The position numbers were made by a program, and so were the translations under genes. Under the pieces are notes generated by a model. It had not been told where the DNA came from. It did no database searches and worked only from the letters and a program-made list of their open reading frames with translations. 64,000 bases of DNA from Burkholderiales bacterium (GTDB lineage Bacteria; Pseudomonadota; Gammaproteobacteria; Burkholderiales; Burkholderiaceae_C), in the NCBI GenBank assembly GCA_046317675.1, contig JBKCVH010000092.1:1101-65100 (forward strand). The letters are read 5' to 3'. This document shows positions 18,156 to 27,913 of this stretch, one piece after another. Within the stretch, counting starts at the first letter, position 1. Each line of letters starts with the position of its first letter.

Positions 18156-19369
18156 GCGTTCAGGGCTTCGTCCAACACTTCAATCCAGTGGCGCACTGGC
18201 CGCTTTGAGCCTTCGGCCAAGTGGGTGATGCACCCGATGTTGCTGCTGGCCACTACATCGGCCTGCAGGGCATCGAGGTGGCCTTGCTTGCGCTCGCGAA
18301 GTGCACCGGCGATGGCGGGCTGCAGCACCGAGTAAGTGCCCGCCGAGCCGCAGCACAAATGGCTCTCTGCCGGCACCATCACCTCAAAGCCCAGCGCCTT
18401 CAAGCCGGCCTCGACACCCCCTTTGAGCTTCTGACCATGCTGCAAGGTGCACGGCGGGTGGTAGGCCAGGCGCAGGCGGTTCTTGCCGTTGAGCTGCTGG
18501 CGGAGCTTCTCCATGAAGCCGAGTTCGGGGTCGAACAACCATTCGCCCAGGTCTCGCGTGGCGCGGGCCACTTGGTGGGCCATGGGGCTGCCCAACTGGT
18601 TGCCAAAGTCTTTGACCATGACGCCGCAGCCGCTGGCATTGCTCAGCACGGCTTCCACTTGGCCGAGCTGGTTGCCAGCGCGCTCGGTCAAGGCGCGCAT
18701 GTCGCTGTGGCCGCCTTTGACGTCGCCCAGGTGGGCCTTCAAGGCACCGCAGCAGCCTTCGATGTCAATGGCTTGAATGCCGAGCCGGTCCAGCACGCGC
18801 ACCGTGGCCGCGTGGATGTTGGGCGCCATGGCCGGTTGCACACAGCCCTTGAGCAGCAACACCCGGCGCGGGTGGGCGTTTTTGGGCGTCTTACCGGCCC
18901 GCTGGCGCGCTGGCACCTTGGCTTTGAGGCTGGCCGGCTGCAGCGGCCGCGCCAAGCGGCCTACGGTCAAGGCGGGGCCGAACAAGGGGGAGGTCAAGCC
19001 GCTGCCGAGTAAGCCGCGCAGCAGGCGATCGCCCGGGGCGCGCGGCGGAGCTTGTTCGTCGGCCAAGTGGCGGCCAATCTCGGCAATCTGCCCGTACTGC
19101 ACGCCGCTGGGGCAGGTGGTTTCACAGGCGCGGCAAGTCAGGCAGGTGTCGAGGTGCGCCTGCGCGCTGGCGGCGGCGCCCTCTTCGCCTTCGAGCAACT
19201 GCTTGACGAGGTAGATCCGGCCGCGCGGGCTGTCCAGCTCGTTGCCAAGGATTTGGTAGCTCGGGCAAGTGGCAGAGCAAAAGCCGCAGTGCACGCAGGC
19301 CTGAATGAGCTGCGCGGCGCGCTCCGCCTCGGGCTTGCCTTGCAGGGCTTGGGTCAACTCGGTGTGCAT
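18152..19369 (-). CDS. glcF: glycolate oxidase iron-sulfur subunit GlcF-like protein
   Basis: An ATG at 19369 lies inside ORF 18152..19609. Motifs are CVHCGFCSATCP, DSPRGRIYL and CLTCRACETTCP, plus two C-terminal Cys-rich (CCG) repeats. Confidence 0.8.
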   Translation of the reverse strand: MHTELTQALQGKPEAERAAQLIQACVHCGFCSATCPSYQILGNELDSPRGRIYLVKQLLEGEEGAAASAQAHLDTCLTCRACETTCPSGVQYGQIAEIGRHLADEQAPPRAPGDRLLRGLLGSGLTSPLFGPALTVGRLARPLQPASLKAKVPARQRAGKTPKNAHPRRVLLLKGCVQPAMAPNIHAATVRVLDRLGIQAIDIEGCCGALKAHLGDVKGGHSDMRALTERAGNQLGQVEAVLSNASGCGVMVKDFGNQLGSPMAHQVARATRDLGEWLFDPELGFMEKLRQQLNGKNRLRLAYHPPCTLQHGQKLKGGVEAGLKALGFEVMVPAESHLCCGSAGTYSVLQPAIAGALRERKQGHLDALQADVVASSNIGCITHLAEGSKRPVRHWIEVLDEALNA

Positions 19370-19517
19370 GGGGGCGATGGTAGGGGGCGGCGCTAACGGG
19401 CGGCGACTCGCGCCCGGCTGCTGTTGATTCAACCTGCCCTCTGTCGGTTCGTCGCACGCGCCTTCTTGGCGCCATTTGGGGCGCCTACATTGCGCCGCAT
19501 TCACCCAGGAGCAACCC

Positions 19518-20885
19518 ATGAACCACGCCCCCCTGCGCCTTGCCCTCGCTGTTGCTTTGCTTGCCTTTTCGGGGGCGGCGCTCGCGCAGCGCATTGCCAC
19601 CAATGCCAATCAACCCGTGCTGGCCGGCGACGCCATCGACCTGAGCTTGCTCGATTTGAAGCCCGGCCAAACGGTGAGCCTCAGCGCAACGCGCGTGGTG
19701 AGGATGTTCACTGGGCAAGTCTCCATGTTTGCCGCAGAAGCCAAGTTCACCGCCGACGCCATGGGGCGGGTGAACCTTGCCACTCAGGCGCCCTTACCGA
19801 ACAGCAGCTACGAAGGCGCCGATGTGCGCGGCCTGCTGTGGTCGATGAAGCCGGTGGCCGGCGAAACCCAGGGCAAGACCTTCAATGAAGTCGCCCTCGC
19901 CCTGCGCACTGACGACGGCAAACCCCTGGCGGAAGCCAAGCTGCAGCTCCGAGCGGCCCTGCCTGAAGTCGTCACCCGCAAGGTCGAGTCCTTCCCGGGC
20001 GCGGTGTTTGCCAGCCTGCCAGGTTCAGCCAAGCGCCCGACGCTGATCTTGCTGGGCGGCAGCGAAGGCGGCTCGATGATCGCCCGCGATGCAGCGCCCT
20101 GGGCCAGCAGAGGCTATGCCGTGCTGGCCTTGCCCTACTACTCCCCACCGCAGTGGGGCCCCACCGGCCCCATGCCAGCCGAGCTGCCCAGCCTGCCTGC
20201 CGAATTCATGCAAATTCCCGTGGAACGCCTGGAGCAGGCCCGCGAATGGCTGGCGCAGCAGCCCGAGGCCGACGCCTCGCGCATTGGGGTGATGGGCACC
20301 AGCAAAGGCGCTGAGTTCGTGCTGCTGGCCGGGGTGAAGATGCCCTGGATTCGCGCGGTGGCCGCCATCGTGCCCACCGATGTGGTGTGGGAGGGCTGGG
20401 GGCAAGCGCCAAGGCCTGAAGGGCCGACCGCCAGCTTCGCTTGGAAAGGCGAGCCCTACGCCTTTGTGCCCTACAAGGACTTTGCACAGGAGTTCACTGG
20501 CATGGCCACGGGCCAGCCCGTCAAGATCCGCCGCCCGCACGACAAAGGCCGTGCCGCAGCCTCACCCGAGGTGATTGCCGCCGCGCGTATTCCGGTAGAG
20601 CGCATCAAGGCACCAGTCTTGGTGGCCGGCGGCAGTGACGACCAACTCTGGGACAGCGGTGGCATGGCCGCGAACATTGCCGCCGCACGCGAAAAGGCCG
20701 GACTGCCCACGGTGGCGCTCGTCTTCCCCGAAGCCGGTCATTTCTTGGGCGGTACCGGCACCGGCCCCACCACCCACTACAACGACGGCCCCATGAAGAA
20801 CGGCGGAACGCCAGCCGCCACGGCCCGGGCGCAGGCGAGCACCTACGCAGCCCTGCTGAAATTCTTTGCAGACAGCCTGAAGTAA
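19518..20885 (+). CDS. secreted BAAT/acyl-CoA thioester hydrolase C-terminal-domain (alpha/beta hydrolase) protein
   Basis: ATG 19518 gives MNHAPLRLALAVALLAFSGAALA, a signal peptide. The nucleophile elbow is GTSKGAE, and the LLGGSEGG block is BAAT-like. Confidence 0.7.
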   Translation: MNHAPLRLALAVALLAFSGAALAQRIATNANQPVLAGDAIDLSLLDLKPGQTVSLSATRVVRMFTGQVSMFAAEAKFTADAMGRVNLATQAPLPNSSYEGADVRGLLWSMKPVAGETQGKTFNEVALALRTDDGKPLAEAKLQLRAALPEVVTRKVESFPGAVFASLPGSAKRPTLILLGGSEGGSMIARDAAPWASRGYAVLALPYYSPPQWGPTGPMPAELPSLPAEFMQIPVERLEQAREWLAQQPEADASRIGVMGTSKGAEFVLLAGVKMPWIRAVAAIVPTDVVWEGWGQAPRPEGPTASFAWKGEPYAFVPYKDFAQEFTGMATGQPVKIRRPHDKGRAAASPEVIAAARIPVERIKAPVLVAGGSDDQLWDSGGMAANIAAAREKAGLPTVALVFPEAGHFLGGTGTGPTTHYNDGPMKNGGTPAATARAQASTYAALLKFFADSLK

Positions 20886-20916
20886 TGAAAAGGGCGCCTG
20901 CGGCGACAGAGCCGGC

Positions 20917-21603
20917 ATGCGCCTCCTATTCCTTGCCCTTCTCAGCGCCAATGCCTTGGCCGAGCCCAGTTGCATGGCCACCAGCAGCGCCCAGGCGCCG
21001 ACGCTGGTGGAGCTCTACACCAGCGAAGGCTGCAACAGCTGCCCACCGGCGGACCGCTGGCTGTCCAAGCTGCCGCGCGACGGTTCGGTCATTCCGCTGG
21101 CTTTTCATGTCGACTACTGGGATTACCTGGGTTGGCGCGACCGCTTTGGCAGCGCCCAGTTCAGTGAGCGCCAACGCCAGCAACTGCGCATCAATGGCTC
21201 GCGCTTCCCCTACACGCCCCAGGTGGTGGTGGACGGGCGAGACAAGCGCGATTGGTATGCCGTGCGCGAGCTACCCCGCACGACCGCGCCCTTCCAGCTG
21301 CAGCTTCGGCGTCAAGGCAAAGAGGTCTTGGCCGAGCTGGCATCGGCCAGCACGGTGCCACTGAATGGCTGGTGGTTCGTCAGCCAAAGCGGCCACCGCA
21401 CACCCGTGAAGGCGGGCGAGAACCGTGGGGTCATGCTGGACCACGACCATGTGGTGGTGCAGCAGCAGGCCGTGGGCGCCTTAGCGGCGGGCACAACAGC
21501 CCTGCGCTTTGCACCGCAGCAAGCCGGCGATGTCACTTTGGTGCTGACTGACGTTCGCACCGGCAAGCCCATCCAGGCGCTGCGGCTCAGCTGCCCAGCT
21601 TGA
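20917..21603 (+). CDS. DUF1223-type secreted thioredoxin-like protein
   Basis: A signal peptide is present. ELYTSEGCNSCPPAD and AFHVDYWDYLGWRD are characteristic of DUF1223. Confidence 0.75.
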   Translation: MRLLFLALLSANALAEPSCMATSSAQAPTLVELYTSEGCNSCPPADRWLSKLPRDGSVIPLAFHVDYWDYLGWRDRFGSAQFSERQRQQLRINGSRFPYTPQVVVDGRDKRDWYAVRELPRTTAPFQLQLRRQGKEVLAELASASTVPLNGWWFVSQSGHRTPVKAGENRGVMLDHDHVVVQQQAVGALAAGTTALRFAPQQAGDVTLVLTDVRTGKPIQALRLSCPA

Positions 21604-22561
21604 CTTCCAGCGCGTCGATGTAGCGCTTGGCCACGTCGTAACCCGCCTGCGCGCTGATTTCCTGGAAGCAGGTCGGGCTGGTGACGTTGATCTCGGTGAG
21701 GAAACCGCCAATCACATCCAAGCCCACCAGCAGCAAGCCGCGCCGGGCGAGTTCTGGCCCTAACGCTTCGGCAATCCGTTTTTCGCCGCTGGTCAGCGGC
21801 ATGGCCACGCCTTTGCCACCCGCCGCCAAATTGCCGCGCACCTCGCCGCCTTGAGGAATGCGCGCCAACGAAAACGGCACGGCCACGCCGTCGATCAGCA
21901 ACACGCGCTTGTCGCCTTCGGAGATGGCGGGAATGAAGCGCTGCGCCATGATGGTTTGCGTGCCATCGTGGGTGAGTTGCTCCAAGATGGCGCCGAGGTT
22001 CAAGGCGTCGCTCTTCACGCGGAAGATGCCCATGCCGCCCATGCCGTCGAGCGGCTTGAAGATCACGTCTTGCTGGGCGGCGTGGAAGGCGCGCAGCACC
22101 GCCATGTCGCGGCTCACCAAGGTGGGAGCGGTGAACTGCGGGAACTCCAAGATGGCGAGCTTCTCCGGGTGCTCGCGCAAGGCCGCAGGGCGGTTGAACA
22201 CCTTGGCGCCTTCGCGCTCGGCCTGCGTGAGCAAGTGCGTGGTGTAGATGTACTCGGCATCAAACGGCGGATCTTTGCGCATCAAAACGGCGCTGAAGTC
22301 GGCCAGCTTGCGCGACTCATCCTCCACGGTATCCACCCAGTGGTGCACCGTTTGCCCGGCTTCGCTCGCCAGCGCAGCGGCACTCAGGTGCAGGCGCGTG
22401 GGCGCCACGCGCACACCCTGGCCGGGTTCGCTGCTGATCTGCCAGGGCTCGCAACTCCACAAGCGGTGCCCGCGCCGCGCCGCCTCCCGCAGCATGGCAA
22501 AACTGCTGTCCTTGTGCGTCTTGAAGTGCTCGATCGGGTCAACAACGAATAGAAAGTCCAT
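21587..22561 (-). CDS. gshB: glutathione synthetase
   Basis: ATG 22561 gives MDFLFVVDPIEHFKTHKDSSFAMLREA, which parallels the E. coli GshB N-terminus. ATP-grasp blocks are present throughout. Confidence 0.9.
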   Translation of the reverse strand: MDFLFVVDPIEHFKTHKDSSFAMLREAARRGHRLWSCEPWQISSEPGQGVRVAPTRLHLSAAALASEAGQTVHHWVDTVEDESRKLADFSAVLMRKDPPFDAEYIYTTHLLTQAEREGAKVFNRPAALREHPEKLAILEFPQFTAPTLVSRDMAVLRAFHAAQQDVIFKPLDGMGGMGIFRVKSDALNLGAILEQLTHDGTQTIMAQRFIPAISEGDKRVLLIDGVAVPFSLARIPQGGEVRGNLAAGGKGVAMPLTSGEKRIAEALGPELARRGLLLVGLDVIGGFLTEINVTSPTCFQEISAQAGYDVAKRYIDALEVKLGS

Positions 22562-22616
22562 GGCAGTCGGGTTCCAACGGGTGTCTCGGAGTTTCACATG
22601 GGGCAAGATGGGGTGC

Positions 22617-23399
22617 ATGTGCCGATTCCTTGCTTACCGGGGCGACCCGATCTATTTGGAAGACTTGGTTTGCCGCCCCCGGCATTCGCTGATGCGCCAA
22701 AGCCTTCGCGCCACGGAAGCCAAGATGGTCACCAATGGCGACGGTTTCGGTGTGGGTTGGTACGGCGACCGCGACACGCCAGGCATTTACCGCGAGGTAA
22801 CGCCCGCCTGGAGTGACGAGAACCTGCTGGCGCTGGCCGCCCATGTGCGCTCGCACCTGTTCTTTGCCCATGTGCGCGCCGCCACCGGCGGCGGCATTGC
22901 GCTGTCCAACTGCCACCCGTTTGCCAGTGGCAGCTTCTTGTTCATGCACAACGGGCAAATTGGCGGCTTCTCCTGCATTCGCCGCGAGATGGAGGCGCAG
23001 CTGCCCGACACGCTCTGGCACCAGCGCAAAGGCGCCACCGACTCGGAGCTGCTGTTCCTGCTCATCGTGCAGCGCATCGTGGAAGGCTTCGGCATGGTCG
23101 AGGCCACGAGCGCCGTGCTGGGCGAAGTTTTGGGGCACATGCGTAGGGCCGGGGTGGATGCCCCGCTGCGCTTTGCCGCCGCCTTGGCCGATGGCGACGA
23201 CGTTTTTGCCTTCCGCTGGGCCAGCGACGACAAGCCACCCACCCTGTACCTGCGCCGCGAAACCTACGGCCAACTGGTGGCCAGCGAGCCCCTGGAGGGC
23301 GACAGCGAGGGCTGGACACCGCTCGCCAATGGGGCGGCGCTGTGCCTGCACGCCGATGGGCGGACCACCGAGCACCAGTTGAACATCCGTGCCGGTTGA
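22617..23399 (+). CDS. class II (Ntn) glutamine amidotransferase, YafJ/EgtC-like
   Basis: ATG 22617 gives MCRFLAY, with the N-terminal nucleophile Cys2. NGDGFGVGWY and HVRAAT...NCHPF blocks are present. Confidence 0.8.
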   Translation: MCRFLAYRGDPIYLEDLVCRPRHSLMRQSLRATEAKMVTNGDGFGVGWYGDRDTPGIYREVTPAWSDENLLALAAHVRSHLFFAHVRAATGGGIALSNCHPFASGSFLFMHNGQIGGFSCIRREMEAQLPDTLWHQRKGATDSELLFLLIVQRIVEGFGMVEATSAVLGEVLGHMRRAGVDAPLRFAAALADGDDVFAFRWASDDKPPTLYLRRETYGQLVASEPLEGDSEGWTPLANGAALCLHADGRTTEHQLNIRAG

Positions 23400-23493
23400 C
23401 CCCAAGCGCTGGGCGGTGGGCCAGCGACCGGCCAACGCCCGCCTGATTCCCCCCGAAGAACGGCAAACCCCCGCCAAGCCCCAAGAGGCGCTG

Positions 23494-24138
23494 ATGGCGG
23501 CCAAGGTGCAAAGCCGGCACCGGCTCGGGCCGCCGTTGGACCAAGCTCAGCCCCAAGCCGGCGCCACGGGGCAGCGCACCCGCGTACCGCGCCGCACCGT
23601 GGCGGCCTTGCTGGGCGGGGCGGCCTTGCTCGCCAGCACAGGGCTCATGGCCTCAGGCTGGCTGCAGGCCGTGGCCGTAGCGGGCGCTGTGTCCTTGTGG
23701 GCTTGGGGTGCTTGGCCGCTGCGAAGCCGGCCTGCGGCTCCAGGCCTTCCGCGCTGGACCCCCGACCGCGATGCCTTGACGGCCTTGGACGCCCAAATGG
23801 TGGCGCTGGCTCCAGAACTGCCCGAGCCCCTGCTCCAGGCACTGGCGAACACCAAGGCGCAGTTGCGTGAGTTGCTGCGCCTGGCGCAGCTTCAAGCCCC
23901 GGGCGTTGAAGACGGCTTGTGGCTGCAGGCCTGCGTGAGCCGCTACCTGCCCGACAGCCTTCGGGCCTATGAGGCGGTGCCGGTCAAGCTGCGCGACGAG
24001 GCGACGAGCCAATCGCTGCTGGAGCAATTGGGCCTGCTGCAAGAGCGCTTCCAGCGCCTAGAGCAAGCGCTGGCTGCGGGCGCCACCGAGGCGCTGCAAA
24101 GCCAGCACCGCTTTTTGCGCGCCAAGTCGGGGCGCTGA
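23494..24138 (+). CDS. hypothetical membrane protein
   Basis: ATG 23494 has AAGAGG 6 nt upstream; the ORF track starts at GTG 23389. Two hydrophobic segments are followed by a helical C-terminal region. I cannot assign a family securely. Confidence 0.45.
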   Translation: MAAKVQSRHRLGPPLDQAQPQAGATGQRTRVPRRTVAALLGGAALLASTGLMASGWLQAVAVAGAVSLWAWGAWPLRSRPAAPGLPRWTPDRDALTALDAQMVALAPELPEPLLQALANTKAQLRELLRLAQLQAPGVEDGLWLQACVSRYLPDSLRAYEAVPVKLRDEATSQSLLEQLGLLQERFQRLEQALAAGATEALQSQHRFLRAKSGR

Positions 24139-24141
24139 GGC

Positions 24142-24597
24142 TTACGGCGCCTCAGAGGGCGGCAAGCGCTTGCTGGGGCCGCGGCCGTCGAGCAAGTCCG
24201 CTTCGTGGCCGTCGCGCAGGGTCTTGGCCAGCGTGAAAGTGGTGCTGACCAGGAAGAGCCAAGAAATGACCATGTAGCGCTTGAGCCAAGGGTCCAGCGT
24301 CATGCGAAAGAGGCCCCAGGCGGTCAGGCTCAGCGCGCAGGCCAGGGCCACCCACACCGCGATCACCCAGCCGGCGGTATCCACCTGGCCATCGCGGTTG
24401 TCGCGCACGGTTTTGGCCACGGCAAAGCTGGCAAACACAGAGAACAAGAAGCCGATGCCGAGAAAGGCCCGGTCCAGCTCGCCGCCCGGCAAGCCGAAGG
24501 CGCCATACAGGCAGGCAAAAGCGGAAACGCCGAAGGCGACCCAAACCTGGATGCGCCAGGGGCTGGTGTCGCGTTGCATCACGTACTGGGTGGCCAT
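24142..24597 (-). CDS. YiaA/YiaB-family inner membrane protein
   Basis: The 151-aa product has two internally repeated 2-TM halves (WVAFGVSAF.../WVIAVWVALA...), typical of YiaAB. Confidence 0.7.
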   Translation of the reverse strand: MATQYVMQRDTSPWRIQVWVAFGVSAFACLYGAFGLPGGELDRAFLGIGFLFSVFASFAVAKTVRDNRDGQVDTAGWVIAVWVALACALSLTAWGLFRMTLDPWLKRYMVISWLFLVSTTFTLAKTLRDGHEADLLDGRGPSKRLPPSEAP

Positions 24598-24717
24598 TGA
24601 GCTACTCCTTGGTTGGTCAGGGCCGCGAGTATCGGTAGTACGGAAGACCCGTCACGCGCTGTGTTTAAAGTCGATACCGCTGGGCTCGCGGGTGCCGCTC
24701 CGCAGTACCCAAGCGCC

Positions 24718-25869
24718 TTAGCGGCGCCGCAGCAGCAAGGCCAAACCACCGGCCAGCACCGCCCAAAAGGGGGCGCCAATGCCAGCCACCGTCAGGCCCG
24801 AAAGGGTCACCAAGAAGGTAATGACCGCCGCATCGCGCTGCGGCTCATCGGCCAAGGCCGAAGCCAGGCCGTTGCCAATGGTGCCCAAGAGCGCCAGCGC
24901 GGCCACCGCCAGTACCAAGGTCTTTGGGAAAGCCGCGAACACCCCCACCACGGCCGCGCCGAGCAGGCCCAGCAGCACGTAGAACAAGCCTGCAGCCATG
25001 GCCGCCAGCCAGCGGCGCGAGGGGTCTTCGTGCGCCTCTCGGCTCATCACGATGGCCGCCGTGATGGCCGACAGGTTCAGCGCGAAGCCGCCAAATGGCG
25101 CCAAGAGCATGGAGGCCAGCCCTGTGCCCCCAATGATGGGCGCCAAGGGCACGCTCACCCCACCCGCCCGCATGGCCGCCACCCCGGGCAAGTTCTGCGA
25201 CGCCATGGTGACCACAAAGAGCGGCAGGCCAAGCCCCACCAGTGCACTCCAACTCCAGGTGGGCGCCGTGAACGCGGGCCGCGCGCCAAGGCCATCGGGC
25301 AGGCTCAGCGGCGCCACCAAACCCATCAAGAACGCCAGTGCAACGCCCACCAAGAGAACCACGGGCACCGCCCAACGCGGCCAAAGCCGGCGGCCGAATA
25401 AGTACGCCAGCAGCATGGCCAGCACCAGCAAAGGCGCTTGGGGCGCGGCGCGCACCGCGTCGAGCCCAAAGCGGGCGAGCACGCCCGCCAGCAAGGCCGC
25501 CGCAATGCTGGCGGGTATCCGGTCCATGAGGCGCGTAAAGCCACCGCTGTAGCCAGCGATCGCAATGAGCAAGCCGCAAAAAACAAAGGCGCCAATGGCA
25601 TCACCCATGGGAATGCCGCTGCTGGCTGCAATCAGGGCCGCACCGGGGGTGCTCCAGGCAATGAGCACCGGCTGGCGGTATTGCCAGCTCCACAGCATGG
25701 AAGTCAGGCCCATGCCGAGCCCGAGGGCCAGCATCCAGGAAGCCGTTTGCGCTGGAGTGGCCTGCAGGGCCTGTGCGGCTTGGAAGACCAAAGCCACCGA
25801 GCTGGTGAAGCCCACCAGCACGACGACAAAACCCGCGATCAGCGCGGGGAGGTCGTGCCGCGAGATCAG
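24718..25869 (-). CDS. benE: benzoate/H+ symporter BenE-family transporter (5' end placed at a non-canonical CTG; first canonical start is GTG 25821)
   Basis: The body matches BenE ([15 protein letters not shown]..., WSTPGAAL). The frame stays open and BenE-like ([16 protein letters not shown]) upstream of GTG 25821 back to CTG 25869, which overlaps the kup stop. Confidence 0.75.
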   Translation of the reverse strand: MISRHDLPALIAGFVVVLVGFTSSVALVFQAAQALQATPAQTASWMLALGLGMGLTSMLWSWQYRQPVLIAWSTPGAALIAASSGIPMGDAIGAFVFCGLLIAIAGYSGGFTRLMDRIPASIAAALLAGVLARFGLDAVRAAPQAPLLVLAMLLAYLFGRRLWPRWAVPVVLLVGVALAFLMGLVAPLSLPDGLGARPAFTAPTWSWSALVGLGLPLFVVTMASQNLPGVAAMRAGGVSVPLAPIIGGTGLASMLLAPFGGFALNLSAITAAIVMSREAHEDPSRRWLAAMAAGLFYVLLGLLGAAVVGVFAAFPKTLVLAVAALALLGTIGNGLASALADEPQRDAAVITFLVTLSGLTVAGIGAPFWAVLAGGLALLLRRR

Positions 25870-27764
25870 ATTTCGACCTTCGAGCCGAGCTCCACCACGC
25901 GGTTGGTCGGCAAGTGCAGGAAGTCCGCAGCGCCAGCGGCGTTGCGGTGCATGCTGGCGAACAGCTTTTCACGCCACAGGGCCATGCCGCCCCCGATGGT
26001 GGGCATGACGATGTCGCGGCTCAAGAAGTAGCTGGTGTCCATGTCGTCCAGCAAGATGCCTTGGCACTTCAGGATCTCCAGCGCCTCGGGCACATCGGGC
26101 TCGTTCTTGAAGCCGAAATGGACGGTGACTTGCCAACAGGCATTGCCCAGGGACACCGCCTCCACGCGCTTGTCAAAACCGATCCAAGGCACATCGTGGT
26201 GCTTCACCGTCACGAACAGGTTCTGCGCGTGCAGCACCTTGTTGTGCTTGAGGTTGTGCAGCAGCGCATTGGGCGTCATGCCCGGCTCGCTCGACAGGAA
26301 CACCGCCGAGCCCTCCACGCGGGTTGGCGGGCTCACAAAAACCGCCTGCAGGAAGCTCTTCAGGTCGATCGCATCCTCACGCAGCTTGGCGCTCATGAGC
26401 TTGCGGCCCTGCTTCCAAGTCAGCATCAACGTAAAGCACCAGATGCCAATGGCCAGCGGGAACCAGCCGCCGCTTGGCACTTTGAGCAAGTTCGAGGCGA
26501 GGAACAGGATGTCGATCACGAAAAAGAAGCCGGTGGAGGCCATGCACAGCCACAGCGGGTACTTCCAGCCGTGGCGAATCACGAAGAAGGTCAGCACCGT
26601 GGTGATGGTCATGTCCATCGTCACCGCCACGCCATAAGCCCCCGCCATCTTTGAAGAGGAGCCAAAGAACAGCACGGCCACGACCACAAACAAGTACAGC
26701 GCCCAGTTCACGGCCGGTACATAGACCTGACCGGTTTCCTTCACCGAGGTGTGCCAGATGCGCATGCGCGGCAAGATGCCCAGCTGCATGGCCTGCTTGG
26801 CCACCGAGAAGCTGGCCGTGATGAGCGCCTGCGACGCCACCATGGCGGCGACCGTGGCCAGCGCGAAGAGCGGAATCTCAGCCCATTGCGGCGACAGCAA
26901 GTAAAAAGGGTTTTTGATGGCTTCCGGTTCGTTCAGCAGCAAAGCGCCCTGACCAAAGTAGTTGATGGCCAGCGCCGGCATCACGATGGCGTACCAGCCC
27001 CACCGGATCGGCTTTTTGCCGAAGTGACCGAGGTCGGCATACAGCGCCTCGCCGCCCGTCACCACCAGCACGGCGGCGCCGAGCGCGATGAAAGCAATCC
27101 AGCGGTGTTGCGCAGCAAAACCCAATGCGTAGGCCGGGTTCAGTGCCGAGAGCACATCCGGGTTGGCAAAGATGTGGGGTAGGCCCAGCAAGGTCAAGCT
27201 GGAAAACCACGCCAGCATGACCGGCCCAAAAGCCTTGCCCACCACCGCCGTGCCCAGCCTTTGGAAGGCAAACAGCCCCGTGAGCATGACCAAGGTGAGG
27301 GGCAAGATGAGCCCGTGGTACTGGGGCGCATAAACGTCAATGCCCTCGACGGCACCCAACACGGTCATGGCCGGCGTGATCACCGCGTCGCCAAAAAAGA
27401 TCGCGGTCCCGAAGAGTCCCAGCAGCAGCAAACGCCGCCGCAGCACGGGCTTGTCACGCACCGCGTGGGTAGCCAAGGCCATCATGGCGATCAAGCCGCC
27501 TTCGCCGTTGTTGTCGGCGCGCAGAATCAAGAGCACGTACTTGAACGACACGACGATCGTCATCGTCCAGAACAACAGCGACAGCACGCCCAGTACGTTC
27601 TGCCGGTCCACCGTCAAGTGCGCGCTATGGAACACCTCGCGCAGCGCGTAAAGCGGGCTGGTGCCGATGTCGCCAAACACCACGCCAAGCGCGGTGACCG
27701 TGAGCGCCGCCAGGGCGGCCGGCGAGCGCGTCGCGTTACCTTGTGAAGAGCTCACAGGAAACAA
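25866..27764 (-). CDS. kup: KUP/HAK/KT potassium uptake protein
   Basis: The 632-aa product has the hallmark [17 protein letters not shown] at its N-terminus. The start is TTG 27764 or GTG 27755, and neither has a clear SD. Confidence 0.9.
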   Translation of the reverse strand: MFPVSSSQGNATRSPAALAALTVTALGVVFGDIGTSPLYALREVFHSAHLTVDRQNVLGVLSLLFWTMTIVVSFKYVLLILRADNNGEGGLIAMMALATHAVRDKPVLRRRLLLLGLFGTAIFFGDAVITPAMTVLGAVEGIDVYAPQYHGLILPLTLVMLTGLFAFQRLGTAVVGKAFGPVMLAWFSSLTLLGLPHIFANPDVLSALNPAYALGFAAQHRWIAFIALGAAVLVVTGGEALYADLGHFGKKPIRWGWYAIVMPALAINYFGQGALLLNEPEAIKNPFYLLSPQWAEIPLFALATVAAMVASQALITASFSVAKQAMQLGILPRMRIWHTSVKETGQVYVPAVNWALYLFVVVAVLFFGSSSKMAGAYGVAVTMDMTITTVLTFFVIRHGWKYPLWLCMASTGFFFVIDILFLASNLLKVPSGGWFPLAIGIWCFTLMLTWKQGRKLMSAKLREDAIDLKSFLQAVFVSPPTRVEGSAVFLSSEPGMTPNALLHNLKHNKVLHAQNLFVTVKHHDVPWIGFDKRVEAVSLGNACWQVTVHFGFKNEPDVPEALEILKCQGILLDDMDTSYFLSRDIVMPTIGGGMALWREKLFASMHRNAAGAADFLHLPTNRVVELGSKVEI

Positions 27765-27787
27765 ACGGCGCCTTGGAAGGCGCCGTT
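27764..27787 (-). other. 9-bp GC-rich hairpin abutting the kup start codon
   Basis: AACGGCGCC-TTGGAA-GGCGCCGTT is read directly from the sequence. On the minus strand it is followed by TTGTTTCC, which contains the candidate TTG start. Confidence 0.4.
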
Positions 27788-27854
27788 GAAGTCAAAGTCA
27801 GATGATTGTGCGCCGCCTTTCCCGGAAGCTTGGTCGTTGTCACCCGAATATGTT

Positions 27855-27884
27855 GCAGCGCACCAAAAAAAGGGCGCTCGAGGA
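27855..27884 (-). terminator. rho-independent terminator downstream of the TonB-dependent receptor gene (bidirectional shape)
   Basis: AAAAAAGGGCG-CTCGAGGA-CGCCCTTTT. On the minus strand the stem is followed by a run of 6 T. Confidence 0.7.
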
Positions 27885-27913
27885 CGCCCTTTTGGTACTC
27901 ATGGGAAGTTGAC

